IMG/VR virus record: IMGVR_UViG_3300021285_000001
Source: a virus
Length of the DNA stretch: 62,061 nt
Direction: 5' to 3' (one strand)
The position numbers were made by a program, and so were the translations under genes. The notes beneath the pieces are model-generated. The model saw only the letters and a list, made by a program, of their open reading frames with translations, was not told the DNA's origin and ran no database searches. Of this stretch, positions 23,089 to 31,600 are shown in pieces; within the stretch, counting starts at the first letter, position 1, and every line of letters starts with the position of its first letter.

Positions 23089-23484
23089 TCAAGTCAAAAA
23101 ATTTTTTGAGGCTTTGACCTGCGCCTCAATCTGGGCGGTGAGCCACTCCTGCAGGCTGCCGTATGCAAGTTCGATATAGTCGGCGGCTTCTTTCGTGAGG
23201 AGTTGCTTTGCGGTGTCGTAGGAACGCTGGAACGCTTCGCGCTGGTTTTCGGGTGAGAATGTTCCGCTTTTCTTCAGCGTGTCCACGTAGGTCTGGTTGG
23301 TTACAGCTACCGCTTTCACCACGGCGTCGAGCGCGCCGTCAATGAGCGCCTTTGCGGTTTCGTTCGTGGTTTTCGCCTTTGCTTCTTCCTTCTTCGCGTT
23401 CAGGTAGTTGCAAAGGAACGCGGTTATTACGGGTACCGCTGCGGCGATGATCGCCTGCAGTAATGTGAGAAGTGCTTCCTTCAT
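23089..23484 (-). CDS. Holin-like protein (LL-H-type: one N-terminal TM helix plus a long hydrophilic tail)
   Basis: LLTLLQAIIAAAVPVITAFLC is followed by a helical charged region. Located directly after the endolysin; AAGGAG RBS. Confidence 0.6.
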   Translation of the reverse strand: MKEALLTLLQAIIAAAVPVITAFLCNYLNAKKEEAKAKTTNETAKALIDGALDAVVKAVAVTNQTYVDTLKKSGTFSPENQREAFQRSYDTAKQLLTKEAADYIELAYGSLQEWLTAQIEAQVKASKNFLT

Positions 23485-23665
23485 GGTGTGTGTTCTCCTT
23501 TATTTGATTTGTTTTTGGGTCGGTCTTGCAGCCTGTTCCTGAATAGGGGCAGGTGTCGCAGTCCTCTGGATCGCACCGTTCTTTGTTGTCGTCCACTAAT
23601 GCGATCAGCCAGACGACGACGGCTCCGATTCCGAGTAATGCGATTATGATTTGTCCCCACAGCAC
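23339..23665 (-). CDS. Small Cys-rich membrane protein (3' end uncertain)
   Basis: MLWGQIIIALLGIGAVVVWLIALV is followed by CDPEDCDTCPYSGTGC. Only the first ~55 codons look protein-like; the rest overlaps the holin gene out of frame. Confidence 0.4.
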   Translation of the reverse strand: MLWGQIIIALLGIGAVVVWLIALVDDNKERCDPEDCDTCPYSGTGCKTDPKTNQIKENTHHEGSTSHITAGDHRRSGTRNNRVPLQLPEREEGRSKGENHERNRKGAH

Positions 23666-23672
23666 GGTCTGC

Positions 23673-25217
23673 TCACCCCTTCGTGAAAGTTCCGGCGTCT
23701 ACCCAGCCGTAAACGGTGGAGCCGCTTCCGCTCACTCTCACGAGGTGGTACGGGTGCTTGCTCTTGCCGAGCTGGTAGATGGCGGTAATCTTCGCCTTGC
23801 CGGGTTTGCAGGCGGGTCCGCTGGTGGCGTTGGCGCTTCCGTAGTGGACTTTGCCGGTGTAGTTGACGATGTCGCCGACCTTCGGCGTCCACGGTTTGCT
23901 GGCGGGGACCGCGCACAGTTCGTTCACGCGTTTCTGGACTGCGTTGTAATCGTAGCCTGCTGCGGTGAGGCGCTGCTTGCGGTCGTTGCCGTTGCCCCAT
24001 TTGCCCGCGAGGACTTCTTTGGCGAGTTCGTCCACGGTCTTCTTGGTGCCGGTGGAGGGTGTCGTGGATCCGCTGCCGGTGTTCGTGGACGTTCCTGCGG
24101 TCTTTACGTTCTCGGTCTTGCCGGTGTAGGAAACATAGGGCAGTCTGCCGTGCTTCGTCCAGTTGCGGGTGTTGTAGCCGCTTCTGGTGTTGTTGCAGGC
24201 GGTGATTTGCACCTTGTTCGCCCACTTCGGCGAGCATTCGACGGCAAGCCCGCCGCCGACGTAGATGCCGATGTGTCCTTCCATCCATACGGCTTCGCCG
24301 ACTTCAATCTTCGAGAAGTCTGTGGAGACGTCCTTGCAGACCTTGATCATGCTGTCCGCGCCGATGTCCGGCACTCCGTTGACGGCGTATCCTGCGCCGC
24401 CGTAGGTCTTGCGGGCGTCTCCGTTCCAGCCCCAGAGCAGCCCTTTGATGAGGCAGACGCAGTCGAAGCCGAACGTGTCCGCGCTGGCCGCGTTGATCAT
24501 CGCCTTGCGGCTCGATTGGGCGTTGTAGGAGTGGTGGTTGATGTATCGGGTTTTGTTCGCCGCCGTCATGGGTGCGCCGAAGCAGCCCATAACGTAAAGG
24601 GTTTTATAATTCTTCGCCACGGCGATGGCTTTTTCGGCGAGTTGTGCGCCGGTGCTGATTTTGGTTGACATGGTGGTTGTCTCCTTTCCTGTGGATGTGT
24701 TCTTTGCGTATTTGTCGTAGTATGTCTGCCCGTAGCTGGCTCTTTTTGCCTGCACGGACGCGCCCTGATCTGCGGGGCGCTCATACTGCGTCAGCACGGC
24801 ATTGGAAGCCGTGAGGACGCTGGTGGCTGTTTTCAAAAGGGAGAGGAGGGACTTGTATCCTTCCTTCAGTTCCTTCATCAAAAAGCCGAGCTGCATCTCA
24901 AGGTCTCCGATGCTCGTTCGTGCATCTTTTGCGAAAACCTGCAGGTTTTGCTTGCGTGACCAGTATGTCCATTGTGCCAGTCCGTAGCCCGCGCTGTCCT
25001 TGACGAAGTTCGTATATTTCCCGCTGTCCACGGCGGCGGTGTACGATTCGTCGGTGTAGCCGAGTTTCTTCTCGTAGCTGTTCTGCAGGTTGTTCGGGCG
25101 GAGTCCGCTCTCGGCGTAAAGGTTGCCCATCAGACCGGCAGCGCCGCAGTCCGATAGCCCTTGCGCTTTGAGGTAATTCCAGATTTTTTGTTCGTTAGTC
25201 GTTCCTTTGAGTGCCAT
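23673..25217 (-). CDS. Modular endolysin (lysozyme-like N-domain, NlpC/P60-like Cys peptidase, Cpl-7-like and SH3b-like wall-binding modules)
   Basis: AAGLMGNLYAESGL...YGLAQWTY; FGFDCVCLIKGLLWGW...GHIGIYVGG; GKWGNGNDRKQRLTAAGYDYNAVQKRVNEL; C-terminal ...STVYGWVDAGTF. Start at MALKG, which has an AGGAGG RBS. Confidence 0.85.
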   Translation of the reverse strand: MALKGTTNEQKIWNYLKAQGLSDCGAAGLMGNLYAESGLRPNNLQNSYEKKLGYTDESYTAAVDSGKYTNFVKDSAGYGLAQWTYWSRKQNLQVFAKDARTSIGDLEMQLGFLMKELKEGYKSLLSLLKTATSVLTASNAVLTQYERPADQGASVQAKRASYGQTYYDKYAKNTSTGKETTTMSTKISTGAQLAEKAIAVAKNYKTLYVMGCFGAPMTAANKTRYINHHSYNAQSSRKAMINAASADTFGFDCVCLIKGLLWGWNGDARKTYGGAGYAVNGVPDIGADSMIKVCKDVSTDFSKIEVGEAVWMEGHIGIYVGGGLAVECSPKWANKVQITACNNTRSGYNTRNWTKHGRLPYVSYTGKTENVKTAGTSTNTGSGSTTPSTGTKKTVDELAKEVLAGKWGNGNDRKQRLTAAGYDYNAVQKRVNELCAVPASKPWTPKVGDIVNYTGKVHYGSANATSGPACKPGKAKITAIYQLGKSKHPYHLVRVSGSGSTVYGWVDAGTFTKG

Positions 25218-25575
25218 TTTGAGCCTCCTGTTCATTCATCGTGGCGCTCTCGCGCTGTTCTTGGTGGGCGCGGTCTTCCTGCTCCCACTTGCGTTCTTTG
25301 TTTCGCTCTTTGGTGGTCTTGATCCAGCCCATCACTCCGCACTCCCCGCCGAGGGCGGCGAATACGCAGGTTATAAGGGTGTCCGGTACCATGCCGGTCT
25401 CCCTGAAAAGCAGGATCATCTCAATGGTGAAAGCCACCAGAGCGACGCCGACGATTATCAGAATGATGTCCATCGTTCCGATGTGTCGGGGTTTCCTTGC
25501 GGCTTTCGCTTTGGCTCTGGCTCGTTTCTTCCGGCGTAGCCAGAGCCGCAGCTTGCCGCGTTTCTTTGCGGCCAT
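25195..25575 (-). CDS. Two-TM holin (SPP1-holin-like)
   Basis: MDIILIIVGVALVAFTIEMILLF and LITCVFAALGGECGVMGWIKT, with a charged C-terminal tail. Overlaps the endolysin start. Confidence 0.6.
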   Translation of the reverse strand: MAAKKRGKLRLWLRRKKRARAKAKAARKPRHIGTMDIILIIVGVALVAFTIEMILLFRETGMVPDTLITCVFAALGGECGVMGWIKTTKERNKERKWEQEDRAHQEQRESATMNEQEAQNGTQRND

Positions 25576-25590
25576 TTCTTCATCTCCTTG

Positions 25591-25866
25591 TCAGTTTTGC
25601 CGTTTTTCAAGGTCTTCGATGCGGTGGTTTGCGACCTTGATTTTTTCTTCGCAAAGAGACGCCTGTTCTTCGAGGTGGTATGTACGCTCTACGAGGTTGT
25701 TGTGCTTATCCACCTTTTTCTCCAGCTGCTCGATGCGGTACATTTGCAGTTCGTCCCGCTTCTCCAGTTCGGATAGAAGTTTCTTGTGGTTGGCATTGGA
25801 ATTGATAATGCAAACCACGATTGCGGCTGCTGCGCTTATCAAAGCCGCGCCGATTGTTCCCCACAT
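25591..25866 (-). CDS. Membrane-anchored coiled-coil lysis-cassette protein (BhlA/XhlA-like)
   Basis: N-terminal TM helix GAALISAAAAIVVCII, then a heptad coiled coil. Confidence 0.5.
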   Translation of the reverse strand: MWGTIGAALISAAAAIVVCIINSNANHKKLLSELEKRDELQMYRIEQLEKKVDKHNNLVERTYHLEEQASLCEEKIKVANHRIEDLEKRQN

Positions 25867-25938
25867 TGGTCTTCCTCCTTTCCGCAGGCGGTGTTGTGGA
25901 TCGGACGGAGCCGGATTTCTATGGCGTCCAGCTCCGCG

Positions 25939-26088
25939 TCAACGGGTTTCCGCAAGTCTGCAAATGTCTTTTTTTGCTTCGGCATCAACAGCGAGGCAAT
26001 TCTCAATGAAGAAGGTCTGCTCTCGGATGATTTGTGCCTGTGCCTCCGTGACCGCGCAGAGGCGGTCGATGATTTCGAGTGTGTTCAT
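25939..26088 (-). CDS. Hypothetical small protein (49 aa)
   Basis: Hand translation MNTLEIIDRLCAVTEAQAQIIREQTFFIENCLAVDAEAKKDICRLAETR. AAGGAG RBS. Confidence 0.3.
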   Translation of the reverse strand: MNTLEIIDRLCAVTEAQAQIIREQTFFIENCLAVDAEAKKDICRLAETR

Positions 26089-26112
26089 GCCTCTTGCGCT
26101 CCTTTCCGTCTT

Positions 26113-26244
26113 TTACTCTGCCGCCAGTTCTGCCAGACCGCTTTCTTCGAGAATTTCTCGAACCTGGTCTTTGAGCAGCTTCGGCACCTGTGCGAAGGTT
26201 TTTTTGCCGAGAATGATCTTTTGCGCCCATAACATTGCCATCAT
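26113..26244 (-). CDS. Small XkdX/CD1375-like phage protein
   Basis: MMAMLWAQKIILGKKTFAQVPKLLKDQVREILEESGLAELAAE matches the short protein commonly found between fibre and holin genes in Firmicutes phages. Confidence 0.45.
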   Translation of the reverse strand: MMAMLWAQKIILGKKTFAQVPKLLKDQVREILEESGLAELAAE

Positions 26245-26284
26245 CGTTTCGCCCTCCTTTCCGTATAAAATCCTGAAAATGAGT

Positions 26285-26692
26285 TTACTCGCCCGCATAG
26301 ACGACCTCGCTCATTTCCAGCAGGCATTCTTCGAGAAAGTCGTTCCGGTTTTCCAGTTCCTTGACCTTCTCCGTCAGTTCCGCCCTTGTAAGCACTTCCT
26401 CCTCGTCGGTGTCGTCGGGGATTTCAGGGTCTTCATCTTCCGGGTCTTCGCCTTTGATTTGGTCATACTCCTCTTTTGTGATGAATTCGGCGTATGGCTC
26501 TTTCTCCCCATGAGGCATATTCCCGTTGATGAGGTAGATGGTCTCGTTGTCCTCTCCGATGATGCCCTGTGCTTCTTCCTCGGTGCATCGAACGAGCATT
26601 CCGTTGCTCTGCCACCTGACGTAAACAAGGACTTCGATTTTCTCCGCCCCTGTGAGCCTGTCTTCTGCGTCAAACGTTTTAATGTAATGCAT
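26285..26692 (-). CDS. Hypothetical acidic protein
   Basis: Start MHYIKTF with an AAGGAGG RBS. Overlaps the RT stop by 14 nt. Confidence 0.5.
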   Translation of the reverse strand: MHYIKTFDAEDRLTGAEKIEVLVYVRWQSNGMLVRCTEEEAQGIIGEDNETIYLINGNMPHGEKEPYAEFITKEEYDQIKGEDPEDEDPEIPDDTDEEEVLTRAELTEKVKELENRNDFLEECLLEMSEVVYAGE

Positions 26693-27821
26693 ACGATTCT
26701 TCCTCCTTGAAAACAAAAAGTTTATTGAATAGGTCTCCTGCGTTCTGGATCGTGTGCCATGCGTTGAATTTCTGCGCGTAGCCTCGCCAGCTCTGCCAGC
26801 CGTTCCAGATGTCCCTGAAGGTTATCGTTCCTTCTTCGAGGCGCTTTTTCAGGCGCTTCATCTTCCGTCTCATCCGGGTGATGCTTTTCTTGCAGATTTT
26901 TCGGATAACCTTTCCGGTCTTGGTCAGGAATATCCGGGCTTTCAGCCATATAAAACCGTGCGAAAGTTTCACGAGCTGGGTCTTCTTCTGGTTGAGCGTG
27001 ATTTTCAGCATTTGGCAGATTTCCGCGATTCCCTCGCGGCACTTCTGCAGGTATTCCTTGCTTGGGTGGATGAGGTAGCCGTCGTCCATGTATCTGCCGT
27101 ATCCTCTTATCCGCAGGACTTCCTTCACGTAATGGTCGAGCCGGTTTGCCGAAGCCAGCGCCAGCACTTGGCTGATCTGGCTTCCCAGTCCGAGACCGAT
27201 GTCTCCGAAAGCGTCCACGAAATGCCCGGCGAGCTGCTTTATCTTTTCGTCCGTGAAGGTCTTCTCGAATATCCCCTTGACGATCTCGTGGGAGACGTTG
27301 TCGAAAAACTTTGAAAAGTCAAAAAGCAGGATGTAGCCTTCCTGTCCGTGCTTCCGGTAGTGTTCGTGCAGGTGCTGGGTCATGCGGCGCATACAGAAGT
27401 CGTAGCCTTTGTGCTTCATGCTCGCCCCGTTGTCGTAGACGAAGGTCGGGGTAAGCGCCGGAACGAGCGCGTTGTCGCATAGGCACCGTTGCACCACTCG
27501 CTCTCCGATGACGGTGCTGCGGATGTGTCGGTGTTTGCCTCGCTCGTAGAGGTCGAATTCGTAAAAGCCGGGGCTTCTGTATGTCCCGTTCTGCAGGCGC
27601 TGTCTGGTCTGAAAAATCGAAAGCGGGGCGGTGGATATGTACCGCTGGACGCTCGCCTTCCATGAAACGCCTCGCCTGCAGCACCGGTACGACCGGTAGA
27701 GGTTATCGTATGAAAATACGGCGTTGAAATTATCGGCTGTCTCAAGCCTTCGGGCTTTCTTTTCAGCCCTTGCCTTGATTCTCCTCTGGTATCGTTGTTC
27801 TTTTCTCTGTTCGCTTGTCAT
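26679..27821 (-). CDS. DGR-type reverse transcriptase
   Basis: ILLFDFSKFFDNVSH, DGR-characteristic LGLGSQISQVLA and GYGRYMDDGYLIH (YMDD). GGAGG RBS. The TR lies 219 nt upstream. Confidence 0.92.
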   Translation of the reverse strand: MTSEQRKEQRYQRRIKARAEKKARRLETADNFNAVFSYDNLYRSYRCCRRGVSWKASVQRYISTAPLSIFQTRQRLQNGTYRSPGFYEFDLYERGKHRHIRSTVIGERVVQRCLCDNALVPALTPTFVYDNGASMKHKGYDFCMRRMTQHLHEHYRKHGQEGYILLFDFSKFFDNVSHEIVKGIFEKTFTDEKIKQLAGHFVDAFGDIGLGLGSQISQVLALASANRLDHYVKEVLRIRGYGRYMDDGYLIHPSKEYLQKCREGIAEICQMLKITLNQKKTQLVKLSHGFIWLKARIFLTKTGKVIRKICKKSITRMRRKMKRLKKRLEEGTITFRDIWNGWQSWRGYAQKFNAWHTIQNAGDLFNKLFVFKEEESYALH

Positions 27822-28040
27822 ATAAAATCCTCCGTCACCCCGTACCCCTGTCGGAAGGTTGCGTATAGGGGCATAGCGTCACCGGCTATGAAACGCGGCA
27901 TCACCTTCAAGCCGCGCCATGCAAGCAGCGTCCAGCCGGACGCATCAGGGCGAATATTTACCTTTCGGATGGTTATGCTCTCCTTCTCTCCTGTCAAGTC
28001 TGATTTCGCCGTTTCCGGTTACTGTGTCTGCTTTGAGAGG

Positions 28041-28174
28041 AGCCGAACGCGACCCCGTAGGCGTTGTTCGCGTTGTTGTTGTTGTTGGCGTTGCCGTTGC
28101 TGTTGACATTCCAGAAGTTGTTCGTGTTGCCCGTGTTCGGGGAACGGAGCCACCAGTTCGTCGCTGCGCCGGTC
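28041..28174 (-). repeat. DGR template repeat (TR)
   Basis: 134-nt non-coding copy of VR1, rich in AAC codons including (AAC)5. The tracked ORF 27994-28197 is only this repeat read in frame. Confidence 0.9.
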
Positions 28175-28202
28175 AATGGTTGGCAGAGCATAACCATTAT
28201 TA

Positions 28203-28607
28203 TTACGGCAGTTTCGCGTATCGCGTCCTGTCCGATTTCATTACCGCTTTTATGAGGCGGTCTTCCTGATCTACCAGCCCCGCGAGTTCTTCTGCGGCGG
28301 TCGGTGTCATGATTCCGTCTTCGAGTAAAAGCTCTAACTGCGATATGTAGTCCTGCAGTTCTGCGCGGGCGCGGATGAAGAAGTCTCTCCTGATCTGCAC
28401 CTCATGCTGGTTTGCTGGAAATACAGAATTTGCTTGTTTTACGTCGCTGTGGATCCTGCGGGCTGTTGCCCAGAGTTCCTGCAAGCCGTAAAAGGTGTAG
28501 CGCTTTGGCGCGTTCACACATCGTCGGCGCGTCTTTGCTTCGAGGTCTCTTGCCGTGTGGATGAATTGCGCCTCGGATTCGTGTCTGTTTTTCAAGAGAA
28601 CGGACAT
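28203..28607 (-). CDS. Avd-like accessory variability determinant (basic helical-bundle protein)
   Basis: 134 aa, basic, predicted all-helical. It sits exactly between VR1 and the TR as in canonical DGR cassettes. Start MSVLLKN with an AAGGAGG RBS. Confidence 0.65.
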   Translation of the reverse strand: MSVLLKNRHESEAQFIHTARDLEAKTRRRCVNAPKRYTFYGLQELWATARRIHSDVKQANSVFPANQHEVQIRRDFFIRARAELQDYISQLELLLEDGIMTPTAAEELAGLVDQEDRLIKAVMKSDRTRYAKLP

Positions 28608-28649
28608 CGGTGTTCCTCCTTTCATTCACGATTTCCGCGCTTTCGGGTA

Positions 28650-28670
28650 TCCGCCCCACGAGGGGGCGGA
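28650..28670 (-). promoter_or_regulatory. GC-rich hairpin 28 nt downstream of VR1 (DGR target-recognition-type element)
   Basis: tccgcccc-acgag-ggggcgga: 8-bp stem, 5-nt loop, between the fibre stop and the avd-like start. Confidence 0.6.
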
Positions 28671-28687
28671 TTGCCCTTGATGTCTGA

Positions 28688-31600
28688 TTAAATGCAGAAG
28701 CCGAACGCGACCCCGTAGGCGTTGTTCGCGCCGTAGTTGCTGATGGCATTGCCGTAGCTGTCGACATACCAGAAGATGTACGTGAAGCCCGTGCCCGGGG
28801 AACGGAGCCACCAGTTCGTCGCCGCGCCGGACCCGAAGTTCAGCTTCTTGATCCTGCTCGTGTCGTTCGTGAAAACCGTAAACGTCGCATCGGATTCCAA
28901 AGAGTAGGGGGATGTGGTCGTTTGCGAGCCGATCTCCTTGACGCTCGGTATCCAGATTTTGTCCTCGGCGGGCGGATCCACGAGACCCGTCGCCTGGTAG
29001 CCGGTGTTCGAGTGAACGTAAACGGTCAGGATGAGCTGCTGCCATGTCGTCGGTAGGGCGTTGAAGATGCGGGCGTTCAGCCATGTTCTGAACGGCATCG
29101 CTTTCCATCCGCCTGCGTTGCTGTTCGCCGAGTTCATGACGTGCGTTTCCTCCAGCAGGTCTTTAAGCAGGAACGCGCAGTTGACGTATCTTTGGTTATC
29201 TGCACGAGTGAAGTTTCGGAACGCATACTGTGAGCTGCCGACCGCCTGCATCTTGAATGTCTGGCGCGGCCACGATACGAGTTCGCGGCAGGCGTCGTCT
29301 CCAAGGTCACCGTCCCACAGTTTTGCCCAGTAGACCGTTCCCTTGCCGTAATTGTCCACGTAGCCGTCGTTGGCGACCTGTGCGCCGAATACGAGCGGTG
29401 CTGTGTGTTCTGGCGCGGTGGTCTGTGTCAGGGCGCTGTAGGAGATTGCGTTGCCGTTCTTGTTGGATGCGTAGACATAGAGCGTGGCGTCTCCTTTTTT
29501 CTTCCTGATGACGGTGATCTGGCGCACTCCGTTGCTCGAAACCTGCAGGGCGGACGACGATCCGTATCTGACGCTTCCTCCTGTCGCGTATCTCAACAAG
29601 AAGCCGTTACTGTGGTAGCAAGCGGCAAGGCAGCCGCCTGCGGCGCTGCTGGTGTCGAATGCGAAATCTACCACGAGGGTGAAGGATTTGTCGCTGTCAA
29701 ACAGAAGGATGTCGTTGCTGTCGATCTGCGGTTTCAGGTAGTTCGTTCCGTCGAACGTCTGGGGGCTGTCAAGGCTCACGAGTTCATGTGCTGTTACGTT
29801 GCTGAAATCGAAATCACGCCCAGCCACAATGTCGATGGTGTCGCCGGAGGATACGACGTTGTTGTTTGCTCCTGTCGGCGACAGGATTTCGGTCGCCACC
29901 AGTGCATGGAGTTCGGTTGCGTTCATCTGCGCCAGCGTTTTGCCGGACGGAACGGTCGCGGATTCGTATTGTGCATAAACATCGAGGTCTCCGGTGATGT
30001 AGCCGGTCGATTTGTCCCAGCCTTTGAACAGGTAATAGGTGGCGTAGTCTCCGTCGCTTGGGTTCACCGGTGTGTTACCGGAATAAGCCACGCTGTCGCC
30101 ATATTCTGCCGTCTGTGTTTCGAGGAGCGTCGTTCCGTTGTAGAAGCGGACGGTGTATGTCCTCGTGGACGCTGCGTAGTGGGCGTAGATGGTCGTATTG
30201 GCGGTAATCGAGATCGCACTCAAGTCTGGGATGACCGACCCGCCGTCCGTCCAGCTCCAGCCGTCAAATGTGAATGTCTCCGCTGCTGTGCTGGGTTTCG
30301 TTGGCGTCGGGATCGGGTCAACATAGAGGTAGCGCGGGTCTGTCGGTGCCGAGCCTTGACCTACCCTCTGGGTGTTCAGCGTCGCTCCGTTGTAGTTCTT
30401 GAACGTGACGGTGTATGTCGGCACTTCGGTGTCGTAGGTGATCGTCAAGTTCGGGAACGCCGACCGTAATGCCGCGAGGTCGTCTGCGGTTATCATGGTT
30501 ACGTGAGCGGTGCCGGTCAATACGAAGTTGTCCGTGTTGTCGCCGCTTCCACTGATACCCGCGAGCGTTGCGAGGTGCTTCAGCAGGTTGGCGCTGTTCA
30601 TCGTCCAGTTCACGCCGATGAGACGTCCTCTGGTGAGGTTTGTGGCGTTGGTTACGAGCGTCAGCGTATCAATCAACGGGCAGTTCTCGATCCATACGCT
30701 CTGCAGGTTGGCGGCGCTCATGGTGAACGTCTCCAGTTCTGTGAGGTCTCTTGCGATGAGCTGTCGGAGCGCGTTCAGTTCTGCTACGCGCAGGGGCGCT
30801 CTCTGGGCGAATGTCACGCCGGTGATTGCCGACCCTGTGGTGTAGATTTCCTCCAGCGCCTTCAATGCCGATAGGTCGAGACCTTGCGCGAGGTTTGGCG
30901 TTCCGCGTAGGTCGATTTTCTCCATCAGGATGTTGTTTCCGAAGGAGACGCCGCCGTTCTCGGAGTTCAGCGAGGTGTTCTGGTACCCTTCTTCGCTTGA
31001 GCCGAGGATTGCCTGCTTCAGCTTCTTGGCTGACGACAGGTCGGCGAATTTCGTATAAAGGGCTGCGAGTGAGCCGATTGCCGCGATGTTGCTCGCGCTG
31101 TAGATGTAGGTTTCGAGATCGTTCAGGGACGCGCCTGCGGGCATTTCGATGTTGTATGTTTGCCCTCTGGTCGCTCTCACTCTGACGGTGCCTGCGTTGC
31201 CGTATTTGACCGTGATGTAAGTCGAGGCGTATGGAACGATCCCATTGATGTCTCCGGAAGGCTCCACGCCGCTCCACGTTTCCGGTGCGTTTGCGCGAAG
31301 GCTGATTCGGTCAGCGGTCGAAACGGACCCGCCGTATTTTGCGCTCATGTACGGCTCCTGGTATGTTTCAAACTGGATGAGCTGGTCTTCCTTCGTGCCG
31401 AGCATCGTCCTGATGTAGCGCTGCTCCTGTGCGAAAATGTACGGGGAGAAGTATTTTCCCCACATATCCTCGATGATGAGGGCTTCCGGTCTGTTGTCGC
31501 GGTATGCCTTCCATTTGGCGAGGATACGCTCTGCGCTGAACGCTCCGGCTGCTTCCAGTTGTTTGAACATCGTCTCCAGCTCGCTGCGGAAAAGGTCGCG

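Noticed and set aside
27994-28197. 67-aa minus-strand ORF rich in Asn (…NTGNTNNFWNVNSNGNANNNNNANNAYGVAFG…).
   Set aside because: It is the DGR template repeat read in frame. It has no RBS and is a non-coding RNA template, so I did not call it as a gene.
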